A stretch of DNA of 64,000 nt, from IMG/VR virus record IMGVR_UViG_3300037560_000207, positions 32,001 through 96,000 of that record, one strand, 5' to 3'. Positions 1 through 10,016 of this stretch are shown one piece after another. Within the stretch, counting starts at the first letter, position 1. The number at the start of each line of letters is the position of its first letter. The translations under genes and the position numbers were made by a program. Source of the stretch: a virus. Under the pieces are notes generated by a model that saw nothing but the letters and a program-made list of their open reading frames with translations, ran no database searches and was not told where the DNA came from.

Positions 1-755
1 TATTTAGCATCTTTAATAATTTGTTTTTTAATATCTTCTGGAATATTCATCTTAACTAATTGTTTATCAAAAGCAATACTTCTGGCTTCATCAACAGGTG
101 TTTTAGTTGTAGCAGCGAAACCACGAACAACAACATCAAAAACATCTTCCGGCACACTAGCAAATTCATCTACAATAACCGTTGTTGCTCTAAATCCACG
201 AATTTTCTGACCATCACCCAATGGTAGCGCTGTAATCATTGAATCACCAATTCTAAAATAACAGAGATCAACATTTTGACGTGGACCAGCTTTCTTACCA
301 CCACCTACAATACTCCTAAGCAATAAAGAATTAGACCAAATTGTTTCTATATAACCAAACACTAATCTTGCTTGTCTCAAACCAGCGCCAACAATAACAA
401 TCTTAGAACCAGGATCAAATAATGCTCGAAGAATAGCATAAACCGCAAGCAAAAAAGTTTTACTTCCTCCCCGTGATGCTACCAACATAGGAAACGGAGT
501 ATTCCACATAATCTGTAATATAGCAATTTGAATAGGAAATAAATCAATCCCCAAAAGAACTTTGGTTGTCCAACCAATATAATCAATATTCAACATCTTA
601 CTAACTACAACTTGGTCTAGCGGGTCTTTGGATTGCTTTAAATCAGTAAAAATATGTTTATTTATTGTAGGTACTCGATCACGGAATGGGAATAGATATA
701 GATGCTTTCCTTGATCACCATGGAGTAATTCACTTAATGTAATCTTAGTACCCAA
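1..755 (-). CDS. terL: Terminase large subunit, N-terminal ATPase part (runs off the left edge of the window)
   Basis: Hand translation from TTG at 755 is open to the edge: ...LFPIQIAILQIMWNTPFPMLVASRGGSKT (Walker A)...KIRGFRATTVIVDEFA (Walker B), typical of phage TerL. Confidence 0.85.
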   Translation of the reverse strand, partial: MGTKITLSELLHGDQGKHLYLFPFRDRVPTINKHIFTDLKQSKDPLDQVVVSKMLNIDYIGWTTKVLLGIDLFPIQIAILQIMWNTPFPMLVASRGGSKTFLLAVYAILRALFDPGSKIVIVGAGLRQARLVFGYIETIWSNSLLLRSIVGGGKKAGPRQNVDLCYFRIGDSMITALPLGDGQKIRGFRATTVIVDEFASVPEDVFDVVVRGFAATTKTPVDEARSIAFDKQLVKMNIPEDIKKQIIKDAK

Positions 756-1284
756 GACAATCTCCCTCAAGTTTATTTTTGGGTTCCTGATGTACCCAAC
801 GATCCTTCTCAACACGAACTACTTCTTCACAAATCATTTGGGTTATGCGATATCCGCAGGCCCCTGCTGGGATAATATGTACACCATATTTAACTGACAG
901 ATACATCAACCATCTTATCAAAGATTTACCAGGGACGCCTTTTGTAAATTGCGGCGGAGAAAGTTCCAGAATATCTGGTGTTAATGATGATTCTATTATA
1001 ATATATGAATGTTTTATTTCAGACATACGTTCCATTTCTTTTTCAAATGCTGGTCGTTTCTTACTGCTATAATTACCCCATAATTCTGAAAAGGCAAATT
1101 TTCGTTCAACAGCAAGGATATCAGTATAACCTACCAGGCTATAATCACCTGTTTCCAGGGTATCTGTGATGGTACCATTGCACCTAGGGGGACGACGATC
1201 TGGAGTATGCGCGTCAAAAGTCCAACCCTTTTGTTCACGACTATCTTTTATTACGGTGTAATGGGGAAGAATTAATCTAGACAT
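745..1284 (-). CDS. ERCC4-domain nuclease (possible junction resolvase)
   Basis: VIKDSREQ...LETGDYSL...AVERK motifs match the ERCC4/XPF-Mus81 nuclease signature. Confidence 0.8.
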   Translation of the reverse strand: MSRLILPHYTVIKDSREQKGWTFDAHTPDRRPPRCNGTITDTLETGDYSLVGYTDILAVERKFAFSELWGNYSSKKRPAFEKEMERMSEIKHSYIIIESSLTPDILELSPPQFTKGVPGKSLIRWLMYLSVKYGVHIIPAGACGYRITQMICEEVVRVEKDRWVHQEPKNKLEGDCLGY

Positions 1285-1332
1285 TCAACTTTCCTCTTTT
1301 TATTACTTCTGTTAACGCTCTTTCTATCATTA

Positions 1333-2346
1333 TTATGTATTTTCTTTTATTAATGCTTCATAATCACTGACAATCATTTCACTTATCATCTCATCAAAAC
1401 TAATTGTCGGTTCCCAACCAAGAATTATTCTTGCCTTGGTGGGATCAGCACATAAATAATTAACATCTACTGGTCGATAAAATTTAGGATCAATGATTAC
1501 ATAATCCTCATAATTTAACCCAATCGTTCCAAAAGCAACTTCCAACAATTCCTTTACAGAACGTGCTTTGCCAGAACCAAGTACATAATCATCTGGTGTA
1601 TCATGTTGTAATATCATCCACATTCCACAAACCATATCAATAGCATGAGACCAGTCCCTTTTTGCTTCAAGATTACCCAAAGCCAACATCGGCATCTTCC
1701 CTGGAAAAGGAGGAACTCCATCATTAATATTCATCCAATTTTTAAGCATAGCAACATATTGAGTAATTTTTCTCGTAACAAAATTTTCCCCTCTTCTTGG
1801 CGATTCGTGGTTAAATAAAATACCAGCACAAGCAAAAATATTATATGCTTTACGATATAAACCAACCGTTTGGTGCGCGTATAATTTAGCAATACCATAT
1901 GGTGAAGTAGGTTCCATTTGTGTAGTCTCGGATTGTGGCATAACATTAACATTACCAAAAAGCTCAGATGTACTAGCTTGATAAAATTTACTTTGTGGTG
2001 AAGATTGGCGAATTGCTTCAAGTATACCGAGAGGACCAACAGCATCAATCTGACACGTTGTAATTGGTTGATCAAATGAAGCACCCACATGGGTTAATGC
2101 AGCTAGATTATAAACTTCATCCGGCTGAATCCCGGAAATCAACCGATGCATACATGTAACATCTGTAATATCACCATCAACTAATTCAAAATTAGGATGA
2201 TGCTGGAAATGAATAATGCGTTCAGTGGTATCAACTGATGATTGCCTAATCAATCCATAAACTTTATATCCCTTGTCCAATAAGAATTCTGCCAAATAAC
2301 TTCCATCTTGTCCAGTTGTCCCAGTGATGAATGCAGTTTTACCCAT
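1333..2346 (-). CDS. gmd: GDP-mannose 4,6-dehydratase
   Basis: GTTGQDGSYLAEFLL, YQASTSELFG, SPYGIAKLY, GILFNHESPRRGENFVTRKIT, LGNLEAKRDW: hallmark Gmd motifs. Confidence 0.95.
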   Translation of the reverse strand: MGKTAFITGTTGQDGSYLAEFLLDKGYKVYGLIRQSSVDTTERIIHFQHHPNFELVDGDITDVTCMHRLISGIQPDEVYNLAALTHVGASFDQPITTCQIDAVGPLGILEAIRQSSPQSKFYQASTSELFGNVNVMPQSETTQMEPTSPYGIAKLYAHQTVGLYRKAYNIFACAGILFNHESPRRGENFVTRKITQYVAMLKNWMNINDGVPPFPGKMPMLALGNLEAKRDWSHAIDMVCGMWMILQHDTPDDYVLGSGKARSVKELLEVAFGTIGLNYEDYVIIDPKFYRPVDVNYLCADPTKARIILGWEPTISFDEMISEMIVSDYEALIKENT

Positions 2347-2611
2347 TTTTCTTCATATCTCCATTCTTCTTCGTCTTCTGATGTGCATCAATCATTTTTT
2401 GAATATCCTCTGATAACGCAGTAATATTAGCATTACCATCTGAAATTGTAAAACTATCAATTTCCTTCATACAACAACGTTTATATTTTTTACCAGAATT
2501 ACATAAGCAAGGCCAATTACGACCCCATCTCATACGTCTACGAGTAATTGGCATAGTAACACCACTAATACGTCTACTAAGATTACGAAGTTCCGATGAC
2601 CTTTTGCTCAT
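2339..2611 (-). CDS. SEC-C motif (zinc-binding) protein
   Basis: GRNWPCLCNSGKKYKRCC is a SEC-C motif. Start moved to the ATG at 2611, which follows a purine-rich RBS. Confidence 0.7.
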   Translation of the reverse strand: MSKRSSELRNLSRRISGVTMPITRRRMRWGRNWPCLCNSGKKYKRCCMKEIDSFTISDGNANITALSEDIQKMIDAHQKTKKNGDMKKNG

Positions 2612-3686
2612 AAGGTATACCCCTTTCCTCTGCACATAATCGTGCATCAATTTCCCAACAATGCCGTACCGCCGCTCTTTGTCCCTTGGTCTTAACATCT
2701 TCCTCATATTTATGCAATCTAGCTATTCGGAAAAGATCAGCCAATCTATTAAAATATGTATGATTTTGAGCTACATATTCTACGCTAGCCCTAATCTTAT
2801 CAAAACGCTGTGATTGATCCTCTACAAGCCCAATTACTTTATTTATAAAATTAGTTGTACTAATAGCTATTTCACAATGCTTCCCAAGATATTTAGAAAT
2901 CATAGGATTATCAGATACTTGAATGCCACCACACAACGGAATCATGAATGATCTTTCATTGACACATGCTTGAAGCTTTACCTGTTTTACTGTATGAACA
3001 TTAAGACATACTTTAGCTGTTGCATAAACATGAGCTAATTTAACAATATCTAGTGGACCATTATAATTAAGACCAGCTAACTGCCAAATGTTATCACCGA
3101 ATACTTGATAAGAATAACCAAGTAAATCTAACCTCTTAAACAATGGTTCAATCAAATGTTTCATAATATCTTGTCGGTGATTAAAATTAGCAACCATCGC
3201 AACATCAGTTAATACTGAACATGTTGACGGCAATGCTTTAACCATATTCCCCGCCACTGGTAAATGCACAAGATTACTATTCTGCCAACCACGCATATAT
3301 TCAAACCATAAATTAGGCTCCAAACGAGTATGTACAATAACTTCTTTAATTTCTTTTATTAAATCTGGTTCATCATCATGAGCAAATTCATATGGTCCAT
3401 CTATTGTAGCATTAGCCGGATTCAAAGGTAAAGCATCAATAATTACCACCACCTGATTATCATTTATAACTTTAATAGGTAGTTGTCTTATACCATATCT
3501 TGAAAAAGTCATAATTAATTGAACTCCATATTTTTCAATTAATTCACGACAACCTAATTTAGTCTTGGGATTTCCAACATATACTTTCCAACCAAGATAT
3601 CGCAAAGCATCAACATAACCATGTTGTATCATTTTTGATGTCATCCCAGGACGCGGAATATATAGAGCACATTTATTCATCATCAT
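2583..3686 (-). CDS. Glycosyltransferase, CgeB/GT-B-like
   Basis: C-terminal AKVCLNVH...NERSFMIPLCGGIQVSD...HTYFNR resembles CgeB-type (Glyco_trans_1_2) proteins; adjacent to gmd. Confidence 0.6.
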   Translation of the reverse strand: MMMNKCALYIPRPGMTSKMIQHGYVDALRYLGWKVYVGNPKTKLGCRELIEKYGVQLIMTFSRYGIRQLPIKVINDNQVVVIIDALPLNPANATIDGPYEFAHDDEPDLIKEIKEVIVHTRLEPNLWFEYMRGWQNSNLVHLPVAGNMVKALPSTCSVLTDVAMVANFNHRQDIMKHLIEPLFKRLDLLGYSYQVFGDNIWQLAGLNYNGPLDIVKLAHVYATAKVCLNVHTVKQVKLQACVNERSFMIPLCGGIQVSDNPMISKYLGKHCEIAISTTNFINKVIGLVEDQSQRFDKIRASVEYVAQNHTYFNRLADLFRIARLHKYEEDVKTKGQRAAVRHCWEIDARLCAEERGIPYEQKVIGTS

Positions 3687-4599
3687 TCTCCCCGAAATCA
3701 GTATCTGCATCCATAATTATTGGTTCAACACTACCATCAGGAAACTCAATAGATTTACGAAATTCATTTGTAATATCTTCAGCAGCAATCTTTGTTAATT
3801 CAGCAAAACGCCCCTGCTTATCTCTTTCGTCTTGCGAATGTTGTAATTTGGTTACTAACTCCAAAAATGTCTGCTTGCCTCCACTAAGTTCTTCTAAACG
3901 ATCTTTACGAGTTGCGGCCAAACTACTATAAATTTTCTGTCGTTCTTTCACTAATGCATCATAACGATCATATGCTGCTTTAGTATATCTGTGTCTATCG
4001 TCTAATTGTCTCTGTTGTAAAATACGAAACTTAATAGTATCTTTGTTTTCTTCTTCTTTCTTAGGATTCTCGATAAACCATATCTGTAAATCAGCAATTT
4101 GTCTTTGTAATAAACGAGTTAAAATCAATTGTCTATCAATCAGAAGTCTATGTTTCAAAAAATCATCGATCTGCATAAATTCACTAATAACAATATCTTC
4201 AAATTGACAACATAGAAGACCAAAATCTTCTACATATACAGCCACTTCTTCTGATTCAAATTGTTTCTTAATAGTTATATATAAGTGTGTCTTTTTGAAT
4301 TGATCTCTAAACCAATGAGCTTTTTCACCATCAGAAAGTCCATGTGGTGGTAAGGTGAGCATTGGACCATCTAATACATCAATATTAATAGACTGACCAG
4401 GCTTCTTAATCACACCCATAGCACGACGGCGTCTACCAATAGTATCGAGAGTCCATTTGTATCCACATTCCTCTATCAACCGTTGCTGAATCTTTTTATC
4501 ACTTAGATCTTGTTTTATACAATCAACAAGAATTTTCAATGCTTTAGGATTAGAAGATAATCTCTGATTTTTAATTTCTGACACCATCTTCTCTCTCAC
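3673..4599 (-). CDS. N-terminal HTH plus coiled-coil protein; candidate terminase small subunit
   Basis: HTH-like N-terminus (LSDKKIQQRL...WTLDTIGRRRR), helical coiled-coil body, located upstream of terL in the same orientation. The TerS call is positional inference. Confidence 0.4.
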   Translation of the reverse strand: MREKMVSEIKNQRLSSNPKALKILVDCIKQDLSDKKIQQRLIEECGYKWTLDTIGRRRRAMGVIKKPGQSINIDVLDGPMLTLPPHGLSDGEKAHWFRDQFKKTHLYITIKKQFESEEVAVYVEDFGLLCCQFEDIVISEFMQIDDFLKHRLLIDRQLILTRLLQRQIADLQIWFIENPKKEEENKDTIKFRILQQRQLDDRHRYTKAAYDRYDALVKERQKIYSSLAATRKDRLEELSGGKQTFLELVTKLQHSQDERDKQGRFAELTKIAAEDITNEFRKSIEFPDGSVEPIIMDADTDFGENDDE

Positions 4600-5140
4600 T
4601 TAAAATCTCGGTAACCTTTTGACGTATTTCTTCAACCAATGAACTACGAATTATATTATTTTCAATTAGTTCTTCAAATGGTTTAAGTAAATCGTCAGGT
4701 AGTCGTTCTTGAATATATATTAAAGTTTCATTACATAAAATATATTCAATTGGATCAACACTTATTTGTGTAGAGCACAAAAGTATGTCTTGTTCTGCAA
4801 TATTACAACTTTCAAGCGACAAAGCATTCACTAAATTCATTCGAACCCAAGCAAGACCAGAACTAGAAATATCCGAACCAGGGCGAAAATACTTATCTCT
4901 CTTAAGGTTTTTAAGACGATTTTTAACATGTCGAGCCAAATAATTCTCAATCGGGCCTATTGTTGAATCATATCGATTCAAAGCCTCCAAACACATACAC
5001 CATACTTCTTGATAAACATCACTATTTACATAATACGCAAAGGCACCATTATTACTACGAGATTTAGCTAATCGCTCAATAATAGGATATGCTTCATTAA
5101 GAAGTTTTTGACTGACTATCATCCTCTGTTTCCTTTTCAA
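4571..5140 (-). CDS. RNA polymerase sigma factor-like protein (sigma70 region 2)
   Basis: DVYQEVWCMCLEALNRYDSTIGPIENYLARHVKNRLKNLKRD follows the region-2 pattern (D..QE...L.EA..RYD...G....Y....N...N..R). Confidence 0.6.
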   Translation of the reverse strand: MKRKQRMIVSQKLLNEAYPIIERLAKSRSNNGAFAYYVNSDVYQEVWCMCLEALNRYDSTIGPIENYLARHVKNRLKNLKRDKYFRPGSDISSSGLAWVRMNLVNALSLESCNIAEQDILLCSTQISVDPIEYILCNETLIYIQERLPDDLLKPFEELIENNIIRSSLVEEIRQKVTEILSEREDGVRN

Positions 5141-5285
5141 CCAATTTTTTAATTGTCTTCTTTCCGATAGCTGGTTCTGGATCAGGAATAACTAAATCAT
5201 CAATAACCTTGGCATTAGCCCCTTTTGTTCCACGAGTAATCAAACGACAGTCTACCTTAGTTTTCTTGTAACTCATTTCCATCAC
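5097..5285 (-). CDS. Hypothetical basic protein
   Basis: ORF with an upstream RBS and GTGTATAAT, co-oriented with and overlapping the next gene. Confidence 0.5.
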   Translation of the reverse strand: MMEMSYKKTKVDCRLITRGTKGANAKVIDDLVIPDPEPAIGKKTIKKLVEKETEDDSQSKTS

Positions 5286-5379
5286 CTTTAATTATACACA
5301 ATTACGTCCGATAAAATCGTCCCCCATATATATAGAGAGCGCATTTTTGCAAAAGTGTTCCATTTTTCTTATTTTTCTT

Positions 5380-5408
5380 CGAACAAATTCCCCAGTTACA
5401 CGTATAAT
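5380..5408 (+). promoter_or_regulatory. Promoter CGAACAA-N14-CGTATAAT (copy 1)
   Basis: Same two boxes with identical spacing at 16940, 55343, 57794 and 59767; directly upstream of ORF 5414. Confidence 0.7.
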
Positions 5409-5413
5409 ATAGT

Positions 5414-5701
5414 GTGGAACAGTTTGTGGTCAGAAAAAATACTTTACCTTATGTTCATCAGTGGGCTGTTTTAGATACAGAAACAGGCAAAATAGTTGGT
5501 GAATATAAGACTAAAAAATCCGCAGAAGAAGGTTGTAAAATTTTCAACAAATACGGTTGGTATAAATTACCAGATAACACTGATACTAAGGATATCAAAG
5601 ATACCTGGAAGACTGCATACAAACGTATGAAATATCCAGATGGTGATCCACTACCTAAACCGCCAAGACATTCTAATAAACGACTAGTGGAGCTTGATTA
5701 A
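5414..5701 (+). CDS. Hypothetical protein
   Basis: First ORF after the promoter; stop overlaps the start of the methyltransferase. Confidence 0.6.
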   Translation: MEQFVVRKNTLPYVHQWAVLDTETGKIVGEYKTKKSAEEGCKIFNKYGWYKLPDNTDTKDIKDTWKTAYKRMKYPDGDPLPKPPRHSNKRLVELD

Positions 5702-6405
5702 TGATTAAATTAATTCATGGAAAATTTGAAGATATCCCTCAATCTGAGATTGGGAATATTGATCTAATTATTGCAGATATCCCCGACTGTTTAAATCAAA
5801 AATATCCTGATTATATAGACAAAATGCCGAAAAATGAATATGAAGCTAAATTACATCTTTGGTTAGAGAAAATGTCAAAATTAACAAAAGGCCCAATATT
5901 CTTTCTTTGTAATGAACGCTGGATTAAAGAAGTTGAGAATACCATTAGTAATATAGGTATTAAATTGATCCAGAGATTATTGTGGCATTACAATTTTGGA
6001 ATGGATCAATCTCGTCATAACAAATATAGTCTCTGTTATCGTCCTATTTATTGGTTGCATTCAGATTTTATTATTCCAGAAAATATTAAAATACCATCTG
6101 ATCGTCAAATTAAATATAATGATTCACGAGCTGCGCCAACGGGTAAAATTCCACAGAATGTTTGGAGTTTTCCTAGAATTTGTGGCAGCTTTCGTGAACG
6201 AAGACCATGGTTTCCAAATCAAATAAATCAGAAGGTTATCGAAAGAATTATTTTGGGGCATTGCCCCATAAATGGCACAATTTATGATCCATTCATAGGA
6301 AGCGGTACATCTGTTTTTGCTGCTATCTCAACAAACAGAAATGTTATTGGTTCTGATATAAGTAAAACATGTATCCGACAAATTAGAAAAAGCTTGAATT
6401 TATGA
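5701..6405 (+). CDS. DNA adenine/N4-cytosine methyltransferase (beta-class order) with an atypical catalytic motif
   Basis: SAM-binding DPFIGSGT near the C-terminus; PQNVWSFPR...[14 protein letters not shown]; motif IV reads DIPD instead of DPPY. Confidence 0.8.
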   Translation: MIKLIHGKFEDIPQSEIGNIDLIIADIPDCLNQKYPDYIDKMPKNEYEAKLHLWLEKMSKLTKGPIFFLCNERWIKEVENTISNIGIKLIQRLLWHYNFGMDQSRHNKYSLCYRPIYWLHSDFIIPENIKIPSDRQIKYNDSRAAPTGKIPQNVWSFPRICGSFRERRPWFPNQINQKVIERIILGHCPINGTIYDPFIGSGTSVFAAISTNRNVIGSDISKTCIRQIRKSLNL

Positions 6406-7013
6406 CCAAAAAATGTAAGCAATGTAATAATTCATTTCCTTACAGACAAAGACGAACATTTTGTTCTCGTCAATGCTATATCCAATATCGTCATCAAATA
6501 AATAAATCTTGGAACATTGATCGATTAAGCATACTTAAAACAAAAGAAAAATTATTTTGGAACAACGTAGTTAAAGGAAATGCTGATTCTTGTTGGATTT
6601 GGACGGGCCATTTCGCAACAAATAAATATGGCGATTTTAATTTTATGATTGATGGAATTGTGTCTCGGTATACAGCGCACAGAGCGGCATATATGTTAGA
6701 TAATAATGTAAATATTGATCCTACTATATATGTATGTCATAAATGTGACAATCGATCGTGCGTTAATCCATTACATCTATTTTTAGGAACAGCATTCGAT
6801 AATAATGAAGATATGGCTATGAAAGGCAGAAGACGAGAATGTCGCGGAGAAGACCGTTCAACATCAAAATTAACAAATGATCAAGTTAGACAAATCAAAA
6901 TAATATTGAAACAATCAAATCGTCCCACTTATCGGTCAATTGGTAAACAATTTAATGTTAATGCAGGAACAATTTATCTTATTAATAAAGGAAGAAATTG
7001 GAGTCATATCTGA
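6402..7013 (+). CDS. HNH homing endonuclease with C-terminal HTH
   Basis: CWIWTG...AHRAAY...[27 protein letters not shown]; N-terminal CxxC pair. Confidence 0.85.
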   Translation: MTKKCKQCNNSFPYRQRRTFCSRQCYIQYRHQINKSWNIDRLSILKTKEKLFWNNVVKGNADSCWIWTGHFATNKYGDFNFMIDGIVSRYTAHRAAYMLDNNVNIDPTIYVCHKCDNRSCVNPLHLFLGTAFDNNEDMAMKGRRRECRGEDRSTSKLTNDQVRQIKIILKQSNRPTYRSIGKQFNVNAGTIYLINKGRNWSHI

Positions 7014-7045
7014 TCTAACAAAGTAATTAAACTTGGAGAAATCTC

Positions 7046-7402
7046 GTGAATAAAACTAATGTAAAAACACTACTTAAACAATGGAGTGGGCTAATTGATG
7101 TTAACGAACAACTATCCAAAGAAAAGGCTAGTCAAAACACAGATGGTCTCAGAGGACGGATTAAAAGAACTATAGGAACACCAATAGTCTTTGATTTAAA
7201 GACACACAAGGATCAACAAAAGATTCAAAATGCATTATGCCAAGAATTACCACAATATATTGACCTTATTCATAGTAAGCCAGATATAATGGACGGACAT
7301 CCATGGATTCGTGAAGATTTTATTGAGCTTTATGCTGGACATTTTCGTATAGTGGTTGAAAAGCTTGAACGAGTTGGTGGCGAAACTGTTAAAGTACAAT
7401 AA
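7046..7402 (+). CDS. Hypothetical protein
   Basis: GGAG RBS before a GTG start; in tandem with neighbours. Confidence 0.6.
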   Translation: MNKTNVKTLLKQWSGLIDVNEQLSKEKASQNTDGLRGRIKRTIGTPIVFDLKTHKDQQKIQNALCQELPQYIDLIHSKPDIMDGHPWIREDFIELYAGHFRIVVEKLERVGGETVKVQ

Positions 7403-7403
7403 T

Positions 7404-8057
7404 ATGCCAAAATTAATTGATTTAACTAGGGAAAGATTTGGACGATTGATCGTTATCAAAAGAATGAATAATGATAAATATAGAAATTCTAAATGGTTAT
7501 GTAAATGTGATTGTGGAAAAGAAAAAATAATTTCTGGTCCTAGCCTTAGAAATAATAAAACTAAAAGTTGTGGATGTTTATATATAAAACATGGTCATAG
7601 TAGGGTTAATAAAATAACTGTAATCTATGAATCATAGTGTAATATGATCCAAAGATGTACTAATCCAAATAATAGAGATTATCATCTTTACGGTGGTAGA
7701 GGAATTACTATTTGTAAACGATGGATGAAATTTAAGAATTTTGATAAAGATATGGGAGAGCATCATGAAGGATATCAGATAGATCGAATAGATAATAATA
7801 AAGGATATTTTAAAGAAAATTGTCGGTGGACAACTTCTAAACAAAATAATAGAAACAGACGAGATAACCGTTTAATTACGTCTTTTGGAAAAACTCAAAC
7901 TTTAATAGAATGGTCAGAAGAATATAATATTCATTATAAAACTTTATTTTCTAGAATTTATAAACTTGAGTGGTCAATAGAAAGAGCCTTAATAACACCA
8001 GTCAAAAAATACAAAAAAATTAACTATAATGGAGACACATCTAATGGCATATATTAA
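7404..8057 (+). pseudogene. HNH-type endonuclease interrupted by an in-frame TAG at 7635-7637
   Basis: The two ORF halves are in the same frame: IYES*CNMIQRC. Paralogues at 55989 (IWANMIQRC) and 61911 (IWNQMIQRC) have Trp at this position (TGG to TAG). Confidence 0.75.
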
Positions 8058-8745
8058 AGCAGACTTAGATCATTGGTTTGATTATTCTTATCTCCCATCT
8101 AAACGAATGATCTATGTTGGCTCACACAATACTGAAACAGCAAATGATGAAGGTGAATCTGGCACAGATTGTCAAATGTCTGAATTTTTCATCAAAGCAA
8201 TGCTTCATCTTAATAGTATATCTTCAAAACCTATTTTTGTCAATATGAATAATATCGGGGGAGATTATTACCATGGTATGGCAATGTATGATATAATTAG
8301 ATTATCACCCTCGCATATTTATGGAACAGCCTGGGGTTATGCAACATCAATGGGTTCTATAATATTGCAAGCCTTCGATACCAGAATAATTACACCGAAT
8401 TCCGTAGTAATGATTCATGATGGTGAAGATTCAATAACCGGAACTCCTAAAAGTGTAGAAGCATGGGGTAAACAAAGTAAAAAAATACGGGAAAGAACCT
8501 ATGAAATTTACTTTGCCAGAATGAAAGCAACAAAACCCCGTATTACATTAAAAAAAATCGAAGAAATGTGTTCACACGACACAATCTTTACAGCAAAAGA
8601 AGCCGTTGATAATGGATTAGCTGATTGGCAAATGATTAGTACACAAGACCCATATAAATTTTATGCTACAGAAAAACAAAATGCCAAATGGCAGCCAAAA
8701 ATGAAGTCTGGAAAACATGAGGTTGAAGAAGAGGAGAATGAATAA
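8029..8745 (+). CDS. ClpP-like serine protease
   Basis: NNIGGD, GYATSMGSIILQA (Ser nucleophile), RIITPNSVVMIH (His), D-TIFTAKEAVDNGLAD: ClpP/crotonase-fold protease pattern. Confidence 0.85.
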   Translation: METHLMAYIKADLDHWFDYSYLPSKRMIYVGSHNTETANDEGESGTDCQMSEFFIKAMLHLNSISSKPIFVNMNNIGGDYYHGMAMYDIIRLSPSHIYGTAWGYATSMGSIILQAFDTRIITPNSVVMIHDGEDSITGTPKSVEAWGKQSKKIRERTYEIYFARMKATKPRITLKKIEEMCSHDTIFTAKEAVDNGLADWQMISTQDPYKFYATEKQNAKWQPKMKSGKHEVEEEENE

Positions 8746-9319
8746 TATGAACTTACATGAATACCAAACAAAAGCACGCAGTACTGCTATCTATCTTGAT
8801 ATAAAAGATTCAAAAATAATCTATCCAGCATTAGGTTTAATCGGAGAAAGTGGGGAAGTTGCTGAAAAAGTAAAAAAACTCATTCGTGATGCTAATTGGA
8901 ATATGACACCAGAACGTGCTTCAGCAATTGCAAAAGAGCTTGGGGATTGTTGTTGGTATCTTGCAAACATTTGTTGTGATATTGATCTCGACCTAAAAAT
9001 GATGTATGAAATGCGCGGTGTTCATATTACACAACAAATTCGTACTCTTTCCTTACCACGATTAGTTTTTCATATGAACAAACATGTAACTAGTATTGCA
9101 GAAGCTTTAAAATATTTGTATTATTATGACAAACGCCCCCTTGGTAATAAAAGTCGATATCCTGGAGTTCCTAATCATCTATCACATATCATAGTGTGTA
9201 TTGAAGAGATTGCGCACAAATGTGATTTTACTCTAGAAGAAATTTGTGTTATGAATATCAAAAAGCTTACAGAACGTAAAGAGATGGGAACATTAAAAGG
9301 TGAAGGTGATACAAGATAA
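8717..9319 (+). CDS. MazG-like nucleoside triphosphate pyrophosphohydrolase
   Basis: YPALGLIGESGEVAEKVKK...KELGDCCWYLA...MNIKKLTERKEMGTLKGEGDTR, the phage MazG signature, with an internal insertion. Confidence 0.85.
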   Translation: MRLKKRRMNNMNLHEYQTKARSTAIYLDIKDSKIIYPALGLIGESGEVAEKVKKLIRDANWNMTPERASAIAKELGDCCWYLANICCDIDLDLKMMYEMRGVHITQQIRTLSLPRLVFHMNKHVTSIAEALKYLYYYDKRPLGNKSRYPGVPNHLSHIIVCIEEIAHKCDFTLEEICVMNIKKLTERKEMGTLKGEGDTR

Positions 9320-9573
9320 TGGAAATAACTCAAGCAGCACCAATGCCAGAAATCGTGCAACTTTTTACGAATTTACTTTGGGCTAACTCTCCCAAAAATT
9401 GGGAACTTAAAAGTACATATCACAAAAAAACTTTATTTGTTTCTATGTTAATACAAACTCGAAAAATACGTCGCAGTTTTAGTTTGAATATGATTAATAG
9501 CCGATCAAAAGATTTATGGGATTTTGCAGCCGAATGCATTAATAAAATGGTATCAAATGACTCAAGAAAGTGA
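9319..9573 (+). CDS. Hypothetical protein
   Basis: Translationally coupled to mazG. Confidence 0.5.
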   Translation: MEITQAAPMPEIVQLFTNLLWANSPKNWELKSTYHKKTLFVSMLIQTRKIRRSFSLNMINSRSKDLWDFAAECINKMVSNDSRK

Positions 9574-10016
9574 ATGGTAGAAATGTGGCTAAGATTATAT
9601 GTGCATGGTGTGGTGATTCGTTTGAGAAATCCCAAAAACGTATCAATCAAACAAAAAAGTTAGGACAAAAACATACATGTTCAAGGAAATGTGCATCAGC
9701 TTTAGTTAATAAATCACGTAGGTCAGAGCCAACCACAATCAATGCTGCGAATGTACGTCGAGACAAAGACAAGTTCCCCGAAAAGGATCGCGCACGCTAT
9801 CTTGTAAGACAAGCTGTAAAATCGGGTAAACTTATTCCATTGGAAGAATGTGAATTCTGCGGGTCTGAAGATCATGTGGAAGGACATCATTCTGATTATT
9901 CAAAAGCATTTCTATTACTATATCTTTGTAAAGATTGCCATTACGATGCAGATAATTCAATAGATAAATGGGAAAATTTAGCTACAGATTATTCAGATGT
10001 GTGCGGATCAAATTGA
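9570..10016 (+). CDS. HNH-like endonuclease with zinc-finger N-terminus
   Basis: CAWC...CSRKC and CEFC...EGHHSDY...LCKDCH motifs. Confidence 0.65.
   Translation: MNGRNVAKIICAWCGDSFEKSQKRINQTKKLGQKHTCSRKCASALVNKSRRSEPTTINAANVRRDKDKFPEKDRARYLVRQAVKSGKLIPLEECEFCGSEDHVEGHHSDYSKAFLLLYLCKDCHYDADNSIDKWENLATDYSDVCGSN

Noticed and set aside
845-2090. ORFs 845..1072 and 1731..2090
   Set aside because: Antisense or alternate frames inside the ERCC4 and gmd genes.
7635-7637. Genome-wide TAG recoding (alternative genetic code)
   Set aside because: Many clear genes end in TAG (e.g. E2-like, AAA ATPase) and long genes are intact in code 11. The one in-frame TAG replaces Trp, not the Gln expected for code 15.
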